Assembly (NCBI GenBank): GCA_964057225.1
Contig: OZ059900.1
Span: 17,360,001-17,424,000 of the forward strand
Direction: 5' to 3'
Source of the DNA: Auanema rhodensis
Lineage: Eukaryota > Animalia > Nematoda
DNA length: 64,000 bases
Shown: in pieces, positions 54,501-64,000 of the stretch
Numbering within the stretch: position 1 is the first letter of the stretch
Layout: each line of letters opens with the position of its first letter
The notes under the pieces: model-generated
What the model was told of the DNA's origin: nothing
The model's database searches: none
What the model saw: only the letters and a program-made list of their open reading frames with translations
Translations under genes and position numbers: made by a program

Positions 54501-57500
54501 TTCATGTGTTCAAACTCATGCAATGTCAATGAAACCTAGCTCAAAATTGTTCGTACAACGTCTAGTTCCACTTTCACGACAAAAAAACAGGGGTTAGAAA
54601 ACTAAGGAAATTAGCATATTCTGAGGGCACGCCCCTTATGGCTAATATTGATTAAATCGATTTTTGTTCATATGAGTCGTCAAATGCAACGACTTTCAGC
54701 GTGTTACATACTAAAATGAAGCATTTTACATGCTGAACACTAGAAAAATACAAAAACACAGTATTTCCCATGAGAAATATTTTATTATGCTGGAAAACCA
54801 GTTTTTGGAAATTTCGCTGTAAACAAGGTTTTGACTTACGATTTCATGTGTTCAAACTCATGCAATGTCAATGAAACCTAGCTCAAAATTGTTCGTACAA
54901 CGTCTAGTTCCACTTTCACGACAAAAAAACAGGGGTTAGAAAATTAAGGAAATTAGCATATTCTGAGGGCACGCCCCTTATGGCTAATATTGATTAAATC
55001 GATTTTTGTTCATATGAGTCGTCAGATGCAACGAATTTCAGCGTGTTACATACTAAAATGAAGCATTTTACATGCTGAACACTAGAAAAATACAAAAACA
55101 CAGTATTTCCCATGAGAAATATTTTATTATGCTGGAAAACCAGTTTTTGGAAATTTCGCTGTAAACAAGGTTTTGACTTACGATTTCATGTGTTCAAACT
55201 CATGCAATGTCAATGAAACCTAGCTCAAAATTGTTCGTACAACGTCTAGTTCCACTTTCACGACAAAAAAACAGGGGTTAGAAAACTAAGGAAATTAGCA
55301 TATTCTGAGGGCACGCCCCTTATGGCTAATATTGATTAAATCGATTTTTGTTCATATGAGTCGTCAAATGCAACGAATTTCAGCGTGTTACATACTAAAA
55401 TGAAGCATTTTACATGCTGAACACTAGAAAAATACAAAAACACAGTATTTCCCATGAGAAATATTTTATTATGCTGGAAAACCAGTTTTTGGAAATTTCG
55501 CTGTAAACAAGGTTTTGACTTACGATTTCATGTGTTCAAACTCATGCAATGTCAATGAAACCTAGCTCAAAATTGTTCGTACAACGTCTAGTTCCACTTT
55601 CACGACAAAAAAACAGGGGTTAGAAAATTAAGGAAATTAGCATATTCTGAGGGCACGCCCCTTATGGCTAATATTGATTAAATCGATTTTTGTTCATATG
55701 ATTCGTCAAATGCAACGAATTTCAGCGTGTTACATACTAAAATGAAGCATTTTACATGCTGAACACTAGAAAAATACAAAAACACAGTATTTCCCATGAG
55801 AAATATTTTATTATGCTGGAAAACCAGTTTTTGGAAATTTCGCTGTAAACAAGGTTTTGACTTACGATTTCATGTGTTCAAACTCATGCAATGTCAATGA
55901 AACCTAGCTCAAAATTGTTCGTACAACGTCTAGTTCCACTTTCACGACAAAAAAACAGGGGTTAGAAAACTAAGGAAATTAGCATATTCTGAGGGCACGC
56001 CCCTTATGGCTAATATTGATTAAATCGATTTTTGTTCATATGAGTCGTCAAATGCAACGACTTTCAGCGTGTTACATACTAAAATGAAGCATTTTACATG
56101 CTGAACACTAGAAAAATACAAAAACACAGTATTTCCCATGAGAAATATTTTATTATGCTGGAAAACCAGTTTTTGGAAATTTCGCTGTAAACAAGGTTTT
56201 GACTTACGATTTCATGTGTTCAAACTCATGCAATGTCAATGAAACCTAGCTCAAAATTGTTCGTACAACGTCTAGTTCCACTTTCACGACAAAAAAACAG
56301 GGGTTAGAAAATTAAGGAAATTAGCATATTCTGAGGGCACGCCCCTTATGGCTAATATTGATTAAATCGATTTTTGTTCATATGAGTCGTCAAATGCAAC
56401 GAATTGTAGCGTGTTACATACTAAAATGAAGCATTTTACATGCTGAACACTAGAAAAATACAAAAACACAGTATTTCCCATGAGAAATATTTTATTATGC
56501 TGGAAAACCAGTTTTTGGAAATTTCGCTGTAAACAAGGTTTTGACTTACGATTTCATGTGTTCAAACTCATGCAATGTCAATGAAACCTAGCTCAAAATT
56601 GTTCGTACAACGTCTAGTTCCACTTTCACGACAAAAAAACAGGGGTTAGAAAATTAAGGAAATTAGCATATTCTGAGGGCACGCCCCTTATGGCTAATAT
56701 TGATTAAATCGATTTTTGTTCATATGATTCGTCAAATGCAACGAATTTCAGCGTGTTACATACTAAAATGAAGCATTTTACATGCTGAACACTAGAAAAA
56801 TACAAAAACACAGTATTTCCCATGAGAAATATTTTATTATGCTGGAAAACCAGTTTTTGGAAATTTCGCTGTAAACAAGGTTTTGACTTACGATTTCATG
56901 TGTTCAAACTCATGCAATGTCAATGAAACCTAGCTCAAAATTGTTCGTACAACGTCTAGTTCCACTTTCACGACAAAAAAACAGGGGTTAGAAAACTAAG
57001 GAAATTAGCATATTCTGAGGGCACGCCCCTTATGGCTAATATTGATTAAATCGATTTTTGTTCATATGAGTCGTCAAATGCAACGACTTTCAGCGTGTTA
57101 CATACTAAAATGAAGCATTTTACATGCTGAACACTAGAAAAATACAAAAACACAGTATTTCCCATGAGAAATATTTTATTATGCTGGAAAACCAGTTTTT
57201 GGAAATTTCGCTGTAAACAAGGTTTTGACTTACGATTTCATGTGTTCAAACTCATGCAATGTCAATGAAACCTAGCTCAAAATTGTTCGTACAACGTCTA
57301 GTTCCACTTTCACGACAAAAAAACAGGGGTTAGAAAATTAAGGAAATTAGCATATTCTGAGGGCACGCCCCTTATGGCTAATATTGATTAAATCGATTTT
57401 TGTTCATATGAGTCGTCAGATGCAACGAATTTCAGCGTGTTACATACTAAAATGAAGCATTTTACATGCTGAACACTAGAAAAATACAAAAACACAGTAT

Positions 57501-60500
57501 TTCCCATGAGAAATATTTTATTATGCTGGAAAACCAGTTTTTGGAAATTTCGCTGTAAACAAGGTTTTGACTTACGATTTCATGTGTTCAAACTCATGCA
57601 ATGTCAATGAAACCTAGCTCAAAATTGTTCGTACAACGTCTAGTTCCACTTTCACGACAAAAAAACAGGGGTTAGAAAATTAAGGAAATTAGCATATTCT
57701 GAGGGCACGCCCCTTATGGCTAATATTGATTAAATCGATTTTTGTTCATATGAGTCGTCAAATGCAACGAATTGTAGCGTGTTACATACTAAAATGAAGC
57801 ATTTTACATGCTGAACACTAGAAAAATACAAAAACACAGTATTTCCCATGAGAAATATTTTATTATGCTGGAAAACCAGTTTTTGGAAATTTCGCTGTAA
57901 ACAAGGTTTTGACTTACGATTTCATGTGTTCAAACTCATGCAATGTCAATGAAACCTAGCTCAAAATTGTTCGTACAACGTCTAGTTCCACTTTCACGAC
58001 AAAAAAACAGGGGTTAGAAAATTAAGGAAATTAGCATATTCTGAGGGCACGCCCCTTATGGCTAATATTGATTAAATCGATTTTTGTTCATATGATTCGT
58101 CAAATGCAACGAATTTCAGCGTGTTACATACTAAAATGAAGCATTTTACATGCTGAACACTAGAAAAATACAAAAACACAGTATTTCCCATGAGAAATAT
58201 TTTATTATGCTGGAAAACCAGTTTTTGGAAATTTCGCTGTAAACAAGGTTTTGACTTACGATTTCATGTGTTCAAACTCATGCAATGTCAATGAAACCTA
58301 GCTCAAAATTGTTCGTACAACGTCTAGTTCCACTTTCACGACAAAAAAACAGGGGTTAGAAAACTAAGGAAATTAGCATATTCTGAGGGCACGCCCCTTA
58401 TGGCTAATATTGATTAAATCGATTTTTGTTCATATGAGTCGTCAAATGCAACGACTTTCAGCGTGTTACATACTAAAATGAAGCATTTTACATGCTGAAC
58501 ACTAGAAAAATACAAAAACACAGTATTTCCCATGAGAAATATTTTATTATGCTGGAAAACCAGTTTTTGGAAATTTCGCTGTAAACAAGGTTTTGACTTA
58601 CGATTTCATGTGTTCAAACTCATGCAATGTCAATGAAACCTAGCTCAAAATTGTTCGTACAACGTCTAGTTCCACTTTCACGACAAAAAAACAGGGGTTA
58701 GAAAATTAAGGAAATTAGCATATTCTGAGGGCACGCCCCTTATGGCTAATATTGATTAAATCGATTTTTGTTCATATGAGTCGTCAAATGCAACGAATTG
58801 TAGCGTGTTACATACTAAAATGAAGCATTTTACATGCTGAACACTAGAAAAATACAAAAACACAGTATTTCCCATGAGAAATATTTTATTATGCTGGAAA
58901 ACCAGTTTTTGGAAATTTCGCTGTAAACAAGGTTTTGACTTACGATTTCATGTGTTCAAACTCATGCAATGTCAATGAAACCTAGCTCAAAATTGTTCGT
59001 ACAACGTCTAGTTCCACTTTCACGACAAAAAAACAGGGGTTAGAAAATTAAGGAAATTAGCATATTCTGAGGGCACGCCCCTTATGGCTAATATTGATTA
59101 AATCGATTTTTGTTCATATGATTCGTCAAATGCAACGAATTTCAGCGTGTTACATACTAAAATGAAGCATTTTACATGCTGAACACTAGAAAAATACAAA
59201 AACACAGTATTTCCCATGAGAAATATTTTATTATGCTGGAAAACCAGTTTTTGGAAATTTCGCTGTAAACAAGGTTTTGACTTACGATTTCATGTGTTCA
59301 AACTCATGCAATGTCAATGAAACCTAGCTCAAAATTGTTCGTACAACGTCTAGTTCCACTTTCACGACAAAAAAACAGGGGTTAGAAAACTAAGGAAATT
59401 AGCATATTCTGAGGGCACGCCCCTTATGGCTAATATTGATTAAATCGATTTTTGTTCATATGAGTCGTCAAATGCAACGACTTTCAGCGTGTTACATACT
59501 AAAATGAAGCATTTTACATGCTGAACACTAGAAAAATACAAAAACACAGTATTTCCCATGAGAAATATTTTATTATGCTGGAAAACCAGTTTTTGGAAAT
59601 TTCGCTGTAAACAAGGTTTTGACTTACGATTTCATGTGTTCAAACTCATGCAATGTCAATGAAACCTAGCTCAAAATTGTTCGTACAACGTCTAGTTCCA
59701 CTTTCACGACAAAAAAACAGGGGTTAGAAAATTAAGGAAATTAGCATATTCTGAGGGCACGCCCCTTATGGCTAATATTGATTAAATCGATTTTTGTTCA
59801 TATGAGTCGTCAGATGCAACGAATTTCAGCGTGTTACATACTAAAATGAAGCATTTTACATGCTGAACACTAGAAAAATACAAAAACACAGTATTTCCCA
59901 TGAGAAATATTTTATTATGCTGGAAAACCAGTTTTTGGAAATTTCGCTGTAAACAAGGTTTTGACTTACGATTTCATGTGTTCAAACTCATGCAATGTCA
60001 ATGAAACCTAGCTCAAAATTGTTCGTACAACGTCTAGTTCCACTTTCACGACAAAAAAACAGGGGTTAGAAAATTAAGGAAATTAGCATATTCTGAGGGC
60101 ACGCCCCTTATGGCTAATATTGATTAAATCGATTTTTGTTCATATGAGTCGTCAAATGCAACGAATTTCAGCGTGTTACATACTAAAATGAAGCATTTTA
60201 CATGCTGAACACTAGAAAAATACAAAAACACAGTATTTCCCATAAGAAATATTTTATTATGCTGGAAAACCAGTTTTTGGAAATTTCGCTGTAAACAAGG
60301 TTTTGACTTACGATTTCATGTGTTCAAACTCATGCAATGTCAATGAAACCTAGCTCAAAATTGTTCGTACAACGTCTAGTTCCACTTTCACGACAAAAAA
60401 ACAGGGGTTAGAAAACTAAGGAAATTAGCATATTCTGAGGGCACGCCCCTTATGGCTAATATTGATTAAATCGATTTTTGTTCATATGAGTCGTCAAATG

Positions 60501-63500
60501 CAACGAATTTCAGCGTGTTACATACTAAAATGAAGCATTTTACATGCTGAACACTAGAAAAATACAAAAACACAGTATTTCCCATGAGAAATATTTTACT
60601 ATGCTGGAAAACCAGTTTTTGGAAATTTCGCTGTAAACAAGGTTTTGACTTACGATTTCATGTGTTCAAACTCATGCAATGTCAATGAAACCTAGCTCAA
60701 AATTGTTCGTACAACGTCTAGTTCCACTTTCACGACAAAAAAACAGGGGTTAGAAAATTAAGGAAATTAGCATATTCTGAGGGCACGCCCCTTATGGCTA
60801 ATATTGATTAAATCGATTTTTGTTCATATGATTCGTCAAATGCAACGAATTTCAGCGTGTTACATACTAAAATGAAGCATTTTACATGCTGAACACTAGA
60901 AAAATACAAAAACACAGTATTTCCCATGAGAAATATTTTATTATGCTGGAAAACCAGTTTTTGGAAATTTCGCTGTAAACAAGGTTTTGACTTACGATTT
61001 CATGTGTTCAAACTCATGCAATGTCAATGAAACCTAGCTCAAAATTGTTCGTACAACGTCTAGTTCCACTTTCACGACAAAAAAACAGGGGTTAGAAAAC
61101 TAAGGAAATTAGCATATTCTGAGGGCACGCCCCTTATGGCTAATATTGATTAAATCGATTTTTGTTCATATGAGTCGTCAAATGCAACGACTTTCAGCGT
61201 GTTACATACTAAAATGAAGCATTTTACATGCTGAACACTAGAAAAATACAAAAACACAGTATTTCCCATGAGAAATATTTTATTATGCTGGAAAACCAGT
61301 TTTTGGAAATTTCGCTGTAAACAAGGTTTTGACTTACGATTTCATGTGTTCAAACTCATGCAATGTCAATGAAACCTAGCTCAAAATTGTTCGTACAACG
61401 TCTAGTTCCACTTTCACGACAAAAAAACAGGGGTTAGAAAATTAAGGAAATTAGCATATTCTGAGGGCACGCCCCTTATGGCTAATATTGATTAAATCGA
61501 TTTTTGTTCATATGAGTCGTCAAATGCAACGAATTTTAGCGTGTTACATACTAAAATGAAGCATTTTACATGCTGAACACTAGAAAAATACAAAAACACA
61601 GTATTTCCCATGAGAAATATTTTATTATGCTGGAAAACCAGTTTTTGGAAATTTCGCTGTAAACAAGGTTTTGACTTACGATTTCATGTGTTCAAACTCA
61701 TGCAATGTCAATGAAACCTAGCTCAAAATTGTTCGTACAACGTCTAGTTCCACTTTCACGACAAAAAAACAGGGGTTAGAAAACTAAGGAAATTAGCATA
61801 TTCTGAGGGCACGCCCCTTATGGCTAATATTGATTAAATCGATTTTTGTTCATATGAGTCGTCAAATGCAACGAATTTCAGCGTGTTACATACTAAAATG
61901 AAGCATTTTACATGCTGAACACTAGAAAAATACAAAAACACAGTATTTCGCATGAGAAATATTTTACTATGCTGGAAAACCAGTTTTTGGAAATTTCGCT
62001 GTAAACAAGGTTTTGACTTACGATTTCATGTGTTCAAACTCATGCAATGTCAATGAAACCTAGCTCAAAATTGTTCGTACAACGTCTAGTTCCACTTTCA
62101 CGACAAAAAAACAGGGGTTAGAAAATTAAGGAAATTAGCATATTCTGAGGGCACGCCCCTTATGGCTAATATTGATTAAATCGATTTTTGTTCATATGAT
62201 TCGTCAAATGCAACGAATTTCAGCGTGTTACATACTAAAATGAAGCATTTTACATGCTGAACACTAGAAAAATACAAAAACACAGTATTTCCCATGAGAA
62301 ATATTTTATTATGCTGGAAAACCAGTTTTTGGAAATTTCGCTGTAAACAAGGTTTTGACTTACGATTTCATGTGTTCAAACTCATGCAATGTCAATGAAA
62401 CCTAGCTCAAAATTGTTCGTACAACGTCTAGTTCCACTTTCACGACAAAAAAACAGGGGTTAGAAAATTAAGGAAATTAGCATATTCTGAGGGCACGCCC
62501 CTTATGGCTAATATTGATTAAATCGATTTTTGTTCATATGATTCGTCAAATGCAACGAATTTCAGCGTGTTACATACTAAAATGAAGCATTTTACATGCT
62601 GAACACTAGAAAAATACAAAAACACAGTATTTCCCATGAGAAATATTTTATTATGCTGGAAAACCAGTTTTTGGAAATTTCGCTGTAAACAAGGTTTTGA
62701 CTTACGATTTCATGTGTTCAAACTCATGCAATGTCAATGAAACCTAGCTCAAAATTGTTCGTACAACGTCTAGTTCCACTTTCACGACAAAAAAACAGGG
62801 GTTAGAAAATTAAGGAAATTAGCATATTCTGAGGGCACGCCCCTTATGGCTAATATTGATTAAATCGATTTTTGTTCATATGAGTCGTCAAATGCAACGA
62901 ATTTCAGCGTGTTACATACTAAAATGAAGCATTTTACATGCTGAACACTAGAAAAATACAAAAACACAGTATTTCCCATGAGAAATATTTTATTATGCTG
63001 GAAAACCAGTTTTTGGAAATTTCGCTGTAAACAAGGTTTTGACTTACGATTTCATGTGTTCAAACTCATGCAATGTCAATGAAACCTAGCTCAAAATTGT
63101 TCGTACAACGTCTAGTTCCACTTTCACGACAAAAAAACAGGGGTTAGAAAATTAAGGAAATTAGCATATTCTGAGGGCACGCCCCTTATGGCTAATATTG
63201 ATTAAATCGATTTTTGTTCATATGAGTCGTCAAATGCAACGAATTTCAGCGTGTTACATACTAAAATGAAGCATTTTACATGCTGAACACTAGAAAAATA
63301 CAAAAACACAGTATTTCCCATGAGAAATATTTTATTATGCTGGAAAACCAGTTTTTGGAAATTTCGCTGTAAACAAGGTTTTGACTTACGATTTCATGTG
63401 TTCAAACTCATGCAATGTCAATGAAACCTAGCTCAAAATTGTTCGTACAACGTCTAGTTCCACTTTCACGACAAAAAAACAGGGGTTAGAAAATTAAGGA

Positions 63501-63612
63501 AATTAGCATATTCTGAGGGCACGCCCCTTATGGCTAATATTGATTAAATCGATTTTTGTTCATATGAGTCGTCAAATGCAACGAATTTCAGCGTGTTACA
63601 TACTAAAATGAA
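48565..63612 (+). repeat. Sub-array domain C, copy 2 (M143-M186), containing a ~3x 7-monomer expansion
   Basis: Monomer-type order matches domain C copy 1. 305G recurs at 55025, 57419 and 59813, exactly 2394 bp (7 monomers) apart. Confidence 0.85.
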
Positions 63613-64000
63613 GCATTTTACATGCTGAACACTAGAAAAATACAAAAACACAGTATTTCCCATGAGAAATATTTTATTATGCTGGAAAACCAGTTTTTGG
63701 AAATTTCGCTGTAAACAAGGTTTTGACTTACGATTTCATGTGTTCAAACTCATGCAATGTCAATGAAACCTAGCTCAAAATTGTTCGTACAACGTCTAGT
63801 TCCACTTTCACGACAAAAAAACAGGGGTTAGAAAATTAAGGAAATTAGCATATTCTGAGGGCACGCCCCTTATGGCTAATATTGATTAAATCGATTTTTG
63901 TTCATATGAGTCGTCAAATGCAACGAATTTCAGCGTGTTACATACTAAAATGAAGCATTTTACATGCTGAACACTAGAAAAATACAAAAACACAGTATTT

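Larger units (their letters stand above)
1..64000. repeat. Tandem satellite DNA array, 342-bp monomer, ~187.1 copies, highly homogeneous (probable centromeric/pericentromeric satellite); runs off both window edges
   Basis: GCATTTTACATGCTGAACAC recurs at 1, 343, 685, 1027 ... 63955. The period is exactly 342 except M118 (343 bp) and M139 (341 bp). No non-repeat sequence or inversion seen. The centromeric role is inferred from architecture only. Confidence 0.99.

Noticed and set aside
1-64000. Because 342 = 114 codons, the array could encode a giant repetitive protein in one continuous frame
   Set aside because: Translation of the consensus gives stop codons in all six frames within every monomer (e.g. 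+ strand TGA 14-16, TAG 21-23, TAA 100-102).
1-64000. CRISPR array or repeat-spacer cassette system
   Set aside because: There are no unique spacers; the entire 342-bp unit is repeated, and no cas, recombinase or reverse transcriptase gene is present.
1-64000. Embedded transposon, strand inversion or unique insertion
   Set aside because: The phase is maintained throughout apart from two 1-bp indels, leaving no room for inserted sequence.

Overview
The whole window is one uninterrupted, head-to-tail tandem array of a 342-bp satellite monomer: 187 complete copies plus a 46-bp partial copy, about 34% GC, all in one orientation. Most copies differ from the consensus at 0-4 positions. I found no gene, RNA gene, transposon, CRISPR array or unique insertion, and all six frames hit stop codons in every monomer. 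This architecture is typical of eukaryotic (peri)centromeric satellite DNA; that role is an inference, and I do not recognise the family. The information lies in the SNP pattern, read by eye (about 51 distinct substitutions and 2 single-base indels; M-numbers are monomer indices, M1 = 1-342; variants are written as monomer position plus base). It shows variant-defined domains, incipient 3-, 4- and 7-mer higher-order repeats, a long-range duplication of a ~12-15 kb block at ~27-30 kb distance, recombinant monomers, and uneven placement of variants within a dyad-rich monomer that may be an old 2x171-bp dimer. I cannot support a new gene-encoded system here.
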